Assembly: GCA_963727775.1 (NCBI GenBank)
Contig: CAVSHB010000001.1
Coordinates: 64,001-128,000 of the forward strand
Direction of reading: 5' to 3'
Origin: an uncultured Nitrospiraceae bacterium
GTDB taxonomy: Bacteria; Nitrospirota; Thermodesulfovibrionia; Thermodesulfovibrionales; SM23-35
DNA length: 64,000 nucleotides
The position numbers and the translations under genes are program-made. A model generated the notes under the pieces. That model ran no database searches. It was not told the DNA's origin and saw only the letters and a program-made list of their open reading frames with translations. Positions 9,643 through 19,871 of this stretch are shown here, piece by piece. The first letter of the stretch is position 1; every line of letters starts with the position of its first letter.

Positions 9643-10815
9643 TTACGGTTTCTGCTCCCTGGATATGAGGCGTCCGTCCCTGGTCAGAATAAACTCGGAA
9701 CCTCGCCAGAGAACGTTCTTTTTGGTGAAAGATAAAAACCAGGAAAGAAGTCCGGCTACGTCTCTGAGCGGGAGAAGCCATAGACCTTTTGACCCCTCAC
9801 GGTCCCGGAGTCCCCACAACATAATTGCTGCTGCTGTTGCCAGGCGAATTCCAAGGGCACAGGCCAGGACTGAAAGTCCGACAGCATCTCCGGTACGGGC
9901 CGCAGAAAGAAAAATTGCGAAAGGTACGGATCGTGTCAGTACACTGGCGAAAAAACCCGCAGGCTGTGCCGCGCGCGTGTTTTGGTCCCAATAAACCTGA
10001 TGGTTCCACCACTGTAAAAAGCTCTTAAAATCTACCACTATATCGATGAAGTAGGGAACGATGGCCAGTTGCTTTCCTGAGGACCAAATGCGACGGCCCA
10101 TCTCATAATCTTCGACCAGATAATCTGCCAAAGATTCCATGCCGCCGATTTCATTCAGGGTAGAACGCCTTATTGCTAGTGAGGCGCCAAGACAGAATCT
10201 TGAAGTCCGGCTGACATGGGCAAAGACCACGCTGGGTATAAAATCGGCATTGAAAGTCAGCAACTCCAATTTCTCAAACCAGCGGTCTGCACAAACAGCT
10301 CTGTAAAGGGTGCATGCTCCTCCCACCTCAGGATCTGCAAAAGGCGAAATGATGGCTTTCAGATAATCCGGTTTCAGCAATACATCGCTGTCGCTGATCA
10401 CCAGGATATCATTCCGCGCAAAAGGCAATGCCCCGAGCATGTTATTGATCTTCTTGTTGGCGCCGGCCTGAACATTTTCGATTGCAACAGAGACTTTCTC
10501 AGCGCCGAACTCCAGCTGGATTTCCTTAAGGAGAGGGATGACCGGATCGTTCGTGTCCTGAACCGAAAAAACAACCTGAAATTCCGGATAATCCTGCAGG
10601 CAGGCGCTTCTCAGGCTTGCTCTCTGATTTTTTTCAAGACCGCATACCGGTTTAAGCATTGTCACAGGCGGCCATTCGGAAACAAAGGGTTGCGCAGTAA
10701 TTACCGGCTGGTTACGGAAGCGCAATACTGCAAGCAGGCATAAAAATGCAAAGACAGATCCGCCGATCACGGGTATTAAACATATCCACTGCAAAAAGGA
10801 CAGAAAAAATTCCAT
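9643..10815 (-). CDS. hpnI: HpnI-like GT2 glycosyltransferase (ceramide glucosyltransferase family)
   Basis: LKPVCG, NKKINN, ISDSDV, LVEDY motifs; next to hpnJ. Confidence 0.82.
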   Translation of the reverse strand: MEFFLSFLQWICLIPVIGGSVFAFLCLLAVLRFRNQPVITAQPFVSEWPPVTMLKPVCGLEKNQRASLRSACLQDYPEFQVVFSVQDTNDPVIPLLKEIQLEFGAEKVSVAIENVQAGANKKINNMLGALPFARNDILVISDSDVLLKPDYLKAIISPFADPEVGGACTLYRAVCADRWFEKLELLTFNADFIPSVVFAHVSRTSRFCLGASLAIRRSTLNEIGGMESLADYLVEDYEMGRRIWSSGKQLAIVPYFIDIVVDFKSFLQWWNHQVYWDQNTRAAQPAGFFASVLTRSVPFAIFLSAARTGDAVGLSVLACALGIRLATAAAIMLWGLRDREGSKGLWLLPLRDVAGLLSWFLSFTKKNVLWRGSEFILTRDGRLISREQKP

Positions 10816-10838
10816 AACTATCAGTTATCCTTTTCCGG

Positions 10839-11021
10839 TCATTTTACGTAAATCTTTTCCCCGCCGGACAACGCTCCATCCATCCCGATCTCATTTCCCC
10901 ATTCATCAAATACACGCTTTAATGTTTCCATTTCTTTAAGAAGTCCTGCGTGTATTAGGGCATGTTTGACGGTCATTCCCGGTAATATATCAACTGGAAT
11001 ATCATTTATATAAACTATCAT
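10839..11021 (-). CDS. Small hypothetical protein (possible ubiquitin-like/beta-grasp fold)
   Basis: 60-aa ORF with plausible composition; no C-terminal GG. Confidence 0.55.
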   Translation of the reverse strand: MIVYINDIPVDILPGMTVKHALIHAGLLKEMETLKRVFDEWGNEIGMDGALSGGEKIYVK

Positions 11022-11065
11022 AATCAGCCCCGATCAACCCGAAAAATGTATTCCTTGAACCATAT

Positions 11066-11231
11066 TAGCCCACACTATTCATAAGATTGCCGACAGATGC
11101 AGTATTTAAGCGGCTTTAAATTCTTTCGAAGAAAGAATTTGCCTCGGAGGTCCCGAAAGCATTCGGGACCGAGAATGAGCGTAAATACTGTATTTGTCGG
11201 TATCCATATATTTTATCAATTAAGTGGGTCA
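11066..11231. repeat. Structured palindromic repeat, copy 1
   Basis: 20-bp outer stem 11089-11108/11182-11201 enclosing two hairpins; homologous to 18903-19068 and 55045-55208. Confidence 0.9.
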
Positions 11232-12767
11232 CTGAACTTGCACAATCCTGCCTTCGACGGCGGGAGCTATTTTCTTTTTGTCTTTTATATATTCGATAAC
11301 CACATCTCTTACCCACTTGCCGGAATCGTTGTACGCAAGTTTTTCACCTTTCAACGCGCCGCCCGTGATTGAGAAATTCTTTGACGATTTTAGGGCTTCT
11401 CCGAACATCTTATATCCGTCACCTCCTGCGGCAAGGAAATCATTGGTTGCGACAACATATTCCCTGTCAGGTTCCACCGGCCTTCCGGCAATAAAGATAT
11501 CCCTGATCTTTGGTCCCGCATTTACTGAACGGCTGTAGGTAAATGAAAGGCCTGATACCTGCGGAAACCTTCCCGCCCTTTCTTCTATCGCAGATATCCC
11601 GTACTCCAATGCTTCACGAATCTTTGCGCCGGTAAGTCTGATAGCGACTATGTAATTATCAAAAGGCAAAACCGTATATACGTCCTTCATTTTTATATCA
11701 CCTTTATTGATGCCCGATCTTATGCCGCCTCCGTTTATTATGGCCACATCAGCACCCGCAACTTTTCTCATGATATCGGCAACAAGGTCACCGAGATTTG
11801 TCTCTTGCTTCCTCACGTTCTCCCCGTCAAGGTCAACTCCGGCCTCTCCTATCGGTTGATTCATAGCAGTGTCGATTCTTGAGTTGTATTTTTCAACTAT
11901 CTCCCGCACATCCTTATCTTCCTTCCCAGTCTCAGGTTTGATCTCAACGAGATGACCGTAGTGTTTTATGATCTTTCCGTCTTCTAAGGTGAGGTCCAAG
12001 ACACCCAATGCTTTAGCGTGCTCCCATGCCTGAACGATAATTGTATTACCGATCATCACCGGGGAAAGGATCTCTGTATGAGAATGCCCGCCGACAATAA
12101 CGTCAATCCCTTTTACCTTTTCCGCCAAGGCCCTGTCGGCATGATATCCGATATGGGAAAGAACAATGATGATATCGACCTTGCCTTTTAACTCTTCGAT
12201 GTATTTTTTTACAGTCGCCGCAGGAGAATTGAATTTCAGCCCGGCCACATTCTTTGGATGGGTTGATACCGGAGTTTCATCCGTCACAACGCCGATTATC
12301 CCGACTTTGATACCCGCTATTTCCTTTATAACGTAAGGCTTGAGAGCATCAATACCTTCAACATCGGCGCCGAGCACCGGGAATACGGCTTCAGAAATTC
12401 TTTTCTTCAGAACGCTCTGGCCAAAATCAAATTCGTGGTTCCCCACAACCATGGCGTCAAATCTCATCTTGTTCATTATCTCGATGACCGATTCACCCTG
12501 AAAAAGATTTGCCCAGTTATTTCCCTGAATCATGTCTCCTGCTGCAAGCAGTAATGACGGACGCCCATTGCGGAGTTCATTCACTTCTGAAGAAAGATAA
12601 GCAATGCCGCCGAGCATTTTATCCGAGCCAAGCGGTTTATACGGCTCAGCAAAACCGTGGAAATCATTTACGTACAGAATGCGGATGACCGTCTGTTTAG
12701 CATAGGCAAAAGTAACGGATAGAAAAAATATAACAAGTGCGCAGCAAAATCTGTTCAGCTTCTTCAC
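11229..12767 (-). CDS. Bifunctional metallophosphatase/5'-nucleotidase
   Basis: Signal peptide; NDFHG, AGD, GNHEFDFG, GGHSH and NGGGIR motifs. Confidence 0.93.
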   Translation of the reverse strand: MKKLNRFCCALVIFFLSVTFAYAKQTVIRILYVNDFHGFAEPYKPLGSDKMLGGIAYLSSEVNELRNGRPSLLLAAGDMIQGNNWANLFQGESVIEIMNKMRFDAMVVGNHEFDFGQSVLKKRISEAVFPVLGADVEGIDALKPYVIKEIAGIKVGIIGVVTDETPVSTHPKNVAGLKFNSPAATVKKYIEELKGKVDIIIVLSHIGYHADRALAEKVKGIDVIVGGHSHTEILSPVMIGNTIIVQAWEHAKALGVLDLTLEDGKIIKHYGHLVEIKPETGKEDKDVREIVEKYNSRIDTAMNQPIGEAGVDLDGENVRKQETNLGDLVADIMRKVAGADVAIINGGGIRSGINKGDIKMKDVYTVLPFDNYIVAIRLTGAKIREALEYGISAIEERAGRFPQVSGLSFTYSRSVNAGPKIRDIFIAGRPVEPDREYVVATNDFLAAGGDGYKMFGEALKSSKNFSITGGALKGEKLAYNDSGKWVRDVVIEYIKDKKKIAPAVEGRIVQVQ

Positions 12768-12950
12768 GACGGCCTCCGGAGAAAATATTGGTTTATACGA
12801 TTATACAGCATAGAGAGTTCTAACTTTTAGGCAAAATCATTTCGGTTATGGGCTGATAGTAAAGGCTGAATAAAGGGTTGTAATATCGCATGTTGTATTC
12901 TGTCCATTTCAGTTAAAATAGTGTATATTCAATACTGAAAGGGGGTTGAT

Positions 12951-13166
12951 ATGGATACCGTTCTTAAAGATAAGAAGGTCGGCGACATGACTATCGGAGA
13001 GCTACAGGACATTATCAGGAAGACGCTCAATGAATTTCTGGATCCTGACTATGGCCTTGAGCTGAGACCGGAGGTAGAAAAAGACCTTGACGAGTCCTTA
13101 AGACAGAAAGAAAGAGGAGAGGTATTCCCTCTTGAAGAAGTAAAGAAGCAATTAGGCATTGACTAG
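12951..13166 (+). CDS. Putative antitoxin-like small protein (orphan)
   Basis: DPDYGLELRPE...PLEEVKKQLG resembles antitoxins normally paired with RelE/ParE toxins. Confidence 0.55.
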   Translation: MDTVLKDKKVGDMTIGELQDIIRKTLNEFLDPDYGLELRPEVEKDLDESLRQKERGEVFPLEEVKKQLGID

Positions 13167-13487
13167 TGTCCCCCTGCACATTATCCTCGAAAGCTTTCGG
13201 GTCAAAGTGCATCCCCTCTGCTTCCTTAATCCCCTCCCTGAATAAAATATCCTGAAAGCAAACTTATTAGCTAAAATATTTGCTTTTAAGCAAATTCACC
13301 AGCCTGTCCCCACAGCTTCTCTACTTCAAGGAAAGGCTCTCAATCCCATATATATCAGGTTGTAAAGAAGACTGCTACAGACAGGCTTGAGATAGTAATA
13401 AGAATCGTCTTAGCCGGAAAATTTCTTACAGGGCTTATTTAAAATGAGACCTCTGAGAAAATCAAATGTGTAACCTCTTGATTTAAA

Positions 13488-13565
13488 TGGCGTCCCCAAC
13501 GGGATTTGAACCCGTGTTACCGCCTTGAAAGGGCGATGTCCTAGGCCGGGCTAGACGATAGGGAC
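13488..13565 (-). tRNA. tRNA-Glu (anticodon TTC)
   Basis: Reverse complement folds as a cloverleaf: GTCCCTA/TGGGGAC acceptor stem, CT-TTC-AA loop, GGTTCAAATCC T arm, encoded CCA. Confidence 0.97.
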
Positions 13566-13569
13566 GCAT

Positions 13570-13645
13570 TGGTGAGCCGCGTTGGATTCGAACCAACGAC
13601 CCACGCCTTAAAAGGGCGTTGCTCTACCAACTGAGCTAGCGGCCC
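13570..13645 (-). tRNA. tRNA-Lys (anticodon TTT)
   Basis: GGGCCGC...TAGCTCAGTTGGTAGAGC, CT-TTT-AA loop, GGTTCGAATCC, CCA end. Confidence 0.97.
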
Positions 13646-13681
13646 TGAGCTATATAATTTACCTTTTAACCGGTTTTCTTG

Positions 13682-15625
13682 TCAAATATTCTTGATCTGC
13701 TTTTTTGTATTAGGCAGCAGACCACCGGAAAGGATAATCTCTTTTTCTCGCTCGTTGAGATTGGAAGATGCCCCGAAAGAATAATTCTTTGTCTCGTTGT
13801 ATAGTGTATAAGACTGATTTTCTTTTAGTGACTCTTTCACGTCTTTTATAAGAACTCTATCACCTTTTTCCACTTTTTCATAATCCTCCGCCTTTGCGAA
13901 AAGCAGAGGTATAATGCCGAAATTTATCAGGTTCGACCTGTGTATCCGGGCAAAGGACTTAGCTATTACCGCCTGGATGCCGAGATACATCGGGGCCAAT
14001 GCTGCGTGTTCTCTCGACGAGCCCTGGCCGTAATTTTCACCTCCGACGATAATCCCGCCCCCGCTCAATTTTGCATCTTTAGCCCTTTTGCTGAATGTGT
14101 TGTCGATATTGGAAAATACGTACTCGGATATGGCGGGAATATTAGAGCGCAACGGAAGGATCGAGGAGCCTGCCGGCATGATATCGTCTGTCGTTATATT
14201 ATCACCTAATTTCAAGAGGACATCGGCTTCTACTTTTTCGCCCAAAGGTTCTTTGACCGGAACCTCTTTTATATTCGGCCCTTTGATAACCTTTGTTTCA
14301 AGGGTATCGGGCTTTACAAGCATATTATCATTAATATTGTAATGCGAAGGTTCTTTGGGTACCTCGACATGAAACCCTGAACTGCGCGTGTCAAATATCT
14401 CACCCTTTAGGGCAAAGGCGGCACACGATATCGGGCTTGCGAGATACACAAAGGCGTCCTTGTTCCCGCTCCTTCCTTTAAAATTCCTGTTGTATGATCT
14501 CACCGATATCTGCCCGGTACCCGGAGTGCCTCCCATACCGATGCAGGGGCCGCAGGAGGTTTCGAGCATTCTTGCACCGGCTGCGATCATGTCCGCTATT
14601 AACCCCTTGCGGGAAAGCATCTCATATACCTGCTTCGACCCCGGGTTTATGAGAAGGCTTACACCTTCTGCAACCGAATTGCCCTTTAATAATGAAGCAA
14701 CCGCCGCCATTATCTGATATGACGAATTAGTGCAACTCCCTATGCAAGCCTGATCTATCTTTGTTCCGGCGAGTTCCCTTACCGGCACAACGTTATCCGG
14801 GCTGTGCGGCTGTGCTATCATCGGTTCGATCTCATTTAGATCAATCTCGATAATATCGAAATATTCCGCGTTCTTATCCGCATGAAGCTCGACCCAGTCT
14901 GATTCCCTGCCCTGGGACTTTAAGAAATTCCTTGTCCTTTTATCACTCGGGAATATCGAGGTTGTAGCGCCGACCTCCGCGCCCATGTTTGTGATCGTCG
15001 CCCTTTCCGTCACGCTCAAATCTTTTACGCCGTGTCCGCCGTATTCGAATATTTTCCCGACTCCTCCCTTAACTGTGAGCCTTTGCAGGATTGTCAGGAT
15101 CACATCCATTGCTGTGGCCCATGGTCTGTTTAGCGCTCCTGTGAGTTTAACGAGAACAACCTTCGGCATATTGAGTTCAAAGGCCGCTCCGGCCATAACA
15201 GTTGCAGCATCAAGCCCCCCGACTCCCACAGCTATCATTCCAATGCCTCCGCCTGTCGGCGTATGGCTGTCAGTTCCCAAAGCTATCTTACCCGGCGTTG
15301 CGAAGCGTTCGAGATGTATCTGATGGCTTATGCCGTTGCCGGGCCTTGAAAAGTATGCGCCATATCTTGCTGCAATTGTTTGCAGGAAGCGATGGTCGTC
15401 GGAATTCATGAAATTCGACTGGATCATATTATGGTCTACATAAGAAACAGCCAACGGCACTTTTACCCTATCGATTCCGATTGCTTCAAACTGAAGCCAG
15501 GTCATTGTGCCGGTTGCGTCTTGCGTATATACTTGATCAATCTTTAACCCGACCGGTGTATCTGTTTCGAGATTGCCATAGACCTTATGTGACTCAAATA
15601 TTTTTTCTACAATGTTCTTGCCCAA
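13682..15625 (-). CDS. Aconitate hydratase (single-chain)
   Basis: TQDATGT, DSHT, IGSCTNSS, CGPCIG, RSYNRNF, GQGSSREHA. Confidence 0.93.
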   Translation of the reverse strand: MGKNIVEKIFESHKVYGNLETDTPVGLKIDQVYTQDATGTMTWLQFEAIGIDRVKVPLAVSYVDHNMIQSNFMNSDDHRFLQTIAARYGAYFSRPGNGISHQIHLERFATPGKIALGTDSHTPTGGGIGMIAVGVGGLDAATVMAGAAFELNMPKVVLVKLTGALNRPWATAMDVILTILQRLTVKGGVGKIFEYGGHGVKDLSVTERATITNMGAEVGATTSIFPSDKRTRNFLKSQGRESDWVELHADKNAEYFDIIEIDLNEIEPMIAQPHSPDNVVPVRELAGTKIDQACIGSCTNSSYQIMAAVASLLKGNSVAEGVSLLINPGSKQVYEMLSRKGLIADMIAAGARMLETSCGPCIGMGGTPGTGQISVRSYNRNFKGRSGNKDAFVYLASPISCAAFALKGEIFDTRSSGFHVEVPKEPSHYNINDNMLVKPDTLETKVIKGPNIKEVPVKEPLGEKVEADVLLKLGDNITTDDIMPAGSSILPLRSNIPAISEYVFSNIDNTFSKRAKDAKLSGGGIIVGGENYGQGSSREHAALAPMYLGIQAVIAKSFARIHRSNLINFGIIPLLFAKAEDYEKVEKGDRVLIKDVKESLKENQSYTLYNETKNYSFGASSNLNEREKEIILSGGLLPNTKKQIKNI

Positions 15626-15768
15626 CGCTACCTCCGGTATATAAATTTCCTATATAAAAATTTAACATATACAATGTGATGAAATCCAAATCAGGCTTCA
15701 TAACCCTTGAGATAATAAGAAAATAGGTTTAAAATATCAAATTAAAAATTATCACATGGAGATCTCCA

Positions 15769-17028
15769 ATGCATTTGTTCAGATACCGGTCAGGCGAATT
15801 ATACGCTGAAGATGTGCCTGTCAGAAAACTCGCTGAAAAATACGGGACCCCTTTGTATATCTATAGCTGCAATACTCTTCTGAGACATTTCAGGGCGTAT
15901 GACGACGCCTTTAACGGCTATCCGCACCTTATATGTTTTGCCGTTAAATCAAACTCAAATATTTCTTTTCTCAGGTTGTTTGCAAAAAACGGCGGCGGCG
16001 CGGACATTGTTTCAGGCGGTGAACTATACATTGCCTTAAAGGCCGGTGTCGCGGCAAATAAAATAGTATATGCCGGTGTGGGAAAAACAGAAGAAGAAAT
16101 AAGGTTTGCGCTGAGATCAAAGATACTCATGTTCAATGTTGAATCAGAAGACGAGCTCAGAGAAATTGACAAGGTTGCCGGAACGATGAAGAAAAAGGCC
16201 CCGATCGCCCTGAGGATTAATCCTGATATTGATCCCGGCACCCATCCTTATATAACAACTGGACTTAACAAATATAAATTTGGAATACCTATCGATGCGG
16301 CATTAGAATATTACAGGCTTGCAGCGCGTCTGAAGAATATAACTATTGTCGGGGTGCACAAGCATATCGGTTCACAGATAACAAAGGTGTCTCCTTTTGT
16401 CGATGCGCTGCGAAGGGTGCTTATCCTGATAGATGAGCTGAATGTCCGCGGAATGCGGATAAAATACCTCGATATCGGAGGCGGGCTCGGCATCTCTTAC
16501 AAGGACGAAGAGCCTCCCGTACCTGAGGACCTGGCAAGAAATCTTATACCTTTACTCGAAGGTAGAAAACTTACACTGATTATGGAGCCGGGCAGGTCCA
16601 TCGCAGGCAATGCCGGAATACTTGTCACGAAGACCCTCTATCTTAAGAAAGGCGCAGAGAAGGAATTCGTTATTGTGGATGCAGGTATGAATGACCTGAT
16701 TAGGCCGTCTCTCTATGATGCGTATCACCATATCCTCCCCGTCGTAAGGAAAAAAAGAGATTCAGTCCTGTGTGACGTTGTCGGACCGATATGTGAATCA
16801 GGCGATTTTCTTGCTAAAGGAAGAGAACTCAACAGGGTGAAGCGTGGAGAATATCTTGCTGTTATGAGTGCGGGGGCATATGGATTTTCCATGAGTTCAA
16901 ACTATAACAGCCGTCCGAGGGCAGCCGAGGTCCTTGTAAACGGTAAGGAACATTTCTTGATAAGAAAGCGTGAGTCATATGAGGACCTTGTCAGAAATGA
17001 GCAGTTCCCAAAGTTTTTTTTGAAATGA
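15769..17028 (+). CDS. lysA: Diaminopimelate decarboxylase
   Basis: FAVKSN, HIGSQI, EPGRSI, GPICESGD, GAYGFSMSSNYNSRPR. Confidence 0.97.
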   Translation: MHLFRYRSGELYAEDVPVRKLAEKYGTPLYIYSCNTLLRHFRAYDDAFNGYPHLICFAVKSNSNISFLRLFAKNGGGADIVSGGELYIALKAGVAANKIVYAGVGKTEEEIRFALRSKILMFNVESEDELREIDKVAGTMKKKAPIALRINPDIDPGTHPYITTGLNKYKFGIPIDAALEYYRLAARLKNITIVGVHKHIGSQITKVSPFVDALRRVLILIDELNVRGMRIKYLDIGGGLGISYKDEEPPVPEDLARNLIPLLEGRKLTLIMEPGRSIAGNAGILVTKTLYLKKGAEKEFVIVDAGMNDLIRPSLYDAYHHILPVVRKKRDSVLCDVVGPICESGDFLAKGRELNRVKRGEYLAVMSAGAYGFSMSSNYNSRPRAAEVLVNGKEHFLIRKRESYEDLVRNEQFPKFFLK

Positions 17029-17046
17029 CGGCGCAGGGAGAAGTAA

Positions 17047-17889
17047 TTGAGAATCCATTTCACAAAGATGCACGGTATCGGCAATGACTTCGTTCTCGTT
17101 GATTGCATAGAACAAGCCTGCCCTGCGGACGGAAAAGATCTGACGGGTTTAAGCGGGCGGGTATGCCATAGAAGGGTCGGTATAGGCGCCGATCAGATTC
17201 TGCTTCTCTATCCCTCAAGTATTGCGGACTTTAAGATGAGAATTTTCAATGCGGACGGCAGCGAGGTCGAGATGTGCGGAAACGGGGTCCGTTGTCTTGC
17301 AAAATACATTTGGGACAGTAATCTTTCCGGGAAAACTGTTCTTGACATAGAGACACTTGCCGGAATTATCAAACCGGAAAAAGTGGGTGAGATGGTTAAA
17401 GTTGATATGGGGGAGCCTGTCTTTGAACCGGAAAAAATACCGGTAAATCTCAAACCCCAAATTTCAAACGGTATTATCGATTATCCTCTTCGAATCGCTG
17501 ACAGGGACTTTAAAATTACGTGTGTGTCGATGGGGAACCCGCATGCGATTATTGTTGTTGAAGATGTTTCTACTTTCCCTGTGTCCTATTATGGGCCTAT
17601 GATAGAAACCCATCCGATTTTTCCTAAGAGAACGAATGTAGAATTCATTCAGGTGCTTACGGTTGACGCAATAAAAATGCGTGTGTGGGAGCGGGGCTCC
17701 GGCGAGACAATGTCCTGTGGGACCGGTGCGTCTGCAGCCGCAGTCGCGGCAAGGATTAAGGGTCTTACGGACAAGGCCGTGACGATTCAACTCCCTGGCG
17801 GCGATCTTTTTATTGAATGGGCCGAAAATAACCATGTCTATATGACAGGGCCTGCTGTGAAAGTATTTGAAGGGACCTTCGATTTCTGA
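17047..17889 (+). CDS. dapF: Diaminopimelate epimerase
   Basis: KMHGIGNDF, NADGSEVEMCGNG, GNPH, ERGSGETMSCGTG. Confidence 0.97.
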   Translation: MRIHFTKMHGIGNDFVLVDCIEQACPADGKDLTGLSGRVCHRRVGIGADQILLLYPSSIADFKMRIFNADGSEVEMCGNGVRCLAKYIWDSNLSGKTVLDIETLAGIIKPEKVGEMVKVDMGEPVFEPEKIPVNLKPQISNGIIDYPLRIADRDFKITCVSMGNPHAIIVVEDVSTFPVSYYGPMIETHPIFPKRTNVEFIQVLTVDAIKMRVWERGSGETMSCGTGASAAAVAARIKGLTDKAVTIQLPGGDLFIEWAENNHVYMTGPAVKVFEGTFDF

Positions 17890-18012
17890 AAGGCGACGGG
17901 CAGCCACGGAAAATATGCAGATAAGCGCCAAAGAAGATTTTTAATTAAAAAAATATTATGATAATACCGGATAGGGGGAAACTTTGTATGAACCCTGAAA
18001 AAGGAGGCAGCT

Positions 18013-18885
18013 ATGTATAAAGGTTCGATCGTTGCAATAGTCACGCCTTTCAAGAAAGGAAAGGTTGATGAAAGGGCTCTCGGGGATCTTATAGAGTGGC
18101 ACATTGCCGAGGGCACAAATGCCATAGTCCCGTGCGGAACAACCGGCGAATCGGCAACTCTCGATTATAAAGAACATTATCGTGTTATCAGTTTCACGGT
18201 AAAAGCAGTGAACAAACGGGTCCCTGTTATCGCAGGCACCGGGGCGAACTCTACCGACGAAACCATAGAGATTACGCAGCACGCAAAGAAATCCGGCGCA
18301 GATGCGGCCCTGCTCGTAACGCCGTATTACAATAAACCGACCCAGGAAGGTCTCTACAGGCACTACAAAACTATTGCTGAAAAAGTTGATATCCCGATAG
18401 TCCTCTATAATGTCCCCGGAAGGACCGCTGTCAACATGCTCCCTGCTACTGTGGCGCGTCTTGCCGAGATCAAGAATATTGTTGCATTAAAAGAAGCGAC
18501 GGGTGACATGAAACAGGCGAGCGAAGTGATCAGGCTCTGCGGGGACAGGATAACCGTTCTATCAGGAGATGACTTTACGACTCTGCCCCTCCTTGCCCTC
18601 GGAGGGAAAGGCACGATTTCTGTTACCGCAAACGTTGCCCCAAAAGCTGTCTCCCAGATGTGTTCCTGGTGGCTGAAGGGACAGTTTGATAAGGCGAGGG
18701 CGTTGCATTTTAAGCTCGAACCTTTGAATGCGGCGATGTTTATTGAGACAAACCCGATACCCGTTAAGACGGCTTTGGCGATGATGGGTAAAATCCAGGA
18801 AGAATTCAGGCTACCGCTCTGTGAGATGGCGGCTGCGAATAAGGAAAAACTGAGGAAGGTGCTCGCTGATCTGAAGATGATTTAA
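18013..18885 (+). CDS. dapA: 4-hydroxy-tetrahydrodipicolinate synthase
   Basis: GTTGESATL, PYYNKP, YNVPGRT, KEA, ETNPIPVK. Confidence 0.97.
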   Translation: MYKGSIVAIVTPFKKGKVDERALGDLIEWHIAEGTNAIVPCGTTGESATLDYKEHYRVISFTVKAVNKRVPVIAGTGANSTDETIEITQHAKKSGADAALLVTPYYNKPTQEGLYRHYKTIAEKVDIPIVLYNVPGRTAVNMLPATVARLAEIKNIVALKEATGDMKQASEVIRLCGDRITVLSGDDFTTLPLLALGGKGTISVTANVAPKAVSQMCSWWLKGQFDKARALHFKLEPLNAAMFIETNPIPVKTALAMMGKIQEEFRLPLCEMAAANKEKLRKVLADLKMI

Positions 18886-18902
18886 AGCCGAAAAATATTT
18901 GA

Positions 18903-19068
18903 TCAGCCCGAAAACTTTCAATTAGAAAAATGCGTGTGCCGACAAATACAGTATTTGCGCTCATTCTCGGTCCCGAATGCTTTCGGGACCTCCGAGGGTT
19001 TCGCTTATCAGCGAAACAAACCGCTTAAATACTGTATCTGTCGGCAATCTTATGAATAGTGTAGGTTA
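18903..19068. repeat. Structured palindromic repeat, copy 2
   Basis: Reverse complement of copy 1 with one internal hairpin replaced by an unrelated hairpin; lies between convergent dapA and bioD. Confidence 0.9.
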
Positions 19069-19806
19069 GAGGTATTTTTTAAGGATCTCGAAATTCAGGT
19101 TTTTAATCGCTGCTTTTTGGATAGCGCCGCTCGAGAGATCTTCAAGGTGCGGGAAAATTCCGATAATAGGGACAGGACTTATCTGTTTCATGGTCTTCGG
19201 GTTAGTCTGCTCAGCCTGGGTATTTTCAGGCGGCTGACCATGGTTGATAATTATCCCCGCAACGTGAACGCCTTCTTTAATCGCGTAATTGACGGTCAAC
19301 AGCGTATGATTGATCGTGCCGAGTCCGGGCTGTGCGACAACTATCAAAGGCAGTCCAAACTCTTTGGCAAGGTCAATAATAAAATAATCCTTACTGATCG
19401 GGACGAGCAGGCCGCCGATCCCTTCAACAATGACCACATCATATTTATCAGCGAGTATTGAATATGCCCTCTGTATCTTTTCGAGGTCAACCTGAGCCCC
19501 TTCAATTTCGGAAGCAGCCAAAGGCGCCAGAGGGTTTTCAAAGCGAATCGGTGTAACGAGATCAATGGAATCATCCATGCCTGCCATTTCTCTTAAGAAC
19601 ATTCCGTCTGCCGGCATTAAGTTTTTGTTCTGGACTTCGAACCTCGGAGTTTGGACTTTGGAGTTTGGACTTAAACATCCCGTCTCTATCGGCTTCATGC
19701 CGCCGGCCCTGAGTCCGAGCATTCCTGCAATCTTGATTAATGCCGCTGTGATAACCGTTTTGCCGACGCCTGTATCAGTAGCGGTCACGAAAAACCCTTT
19801 AGGCAT
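19066..19806 (-). CDS. bioD: Dethiobiotin synthase
   Basis: TDTGVGKT, MKPIETG, VEGIGG, LGTINHTLL. Confidence 0.95.
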   Translation of the reverse strand: MPKGFFVTATDTGVGKTVITAALIKIAGMLGLRAGGMKPIETGCLSPNSKVQTPRFEVQNKNLMPADGMFLREMAGMDDSIDLVTPIRFENPLAPLAASEIEGAQVDLEKIQRAYSILADKYDVVIVEGIGGLLVPISKDYFIIDLAKEFGLPLIVVAQPGLGTINHTLLTVNYAIKEGVHVAGIIINHGQPPENTQAEQTNPKTMKQISPVPIIGIFPHLEDLSSGAIQKAAIKNLNFEILKKYL

Positions 19807-19871
19807 TGTTTCTCCGGATGTGGTTTGATCTATACACGGACATATTTTTATTTCTGATAAAATCCGCGGAA

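Noticed and set aside
11097..11372. Similar ORFs starting MQYLSGFKFFRRKNLPRR here and at 55170-54973
   Set aside because: They are translations of the repeat element, diverge immediately after it, and overlap real genes.
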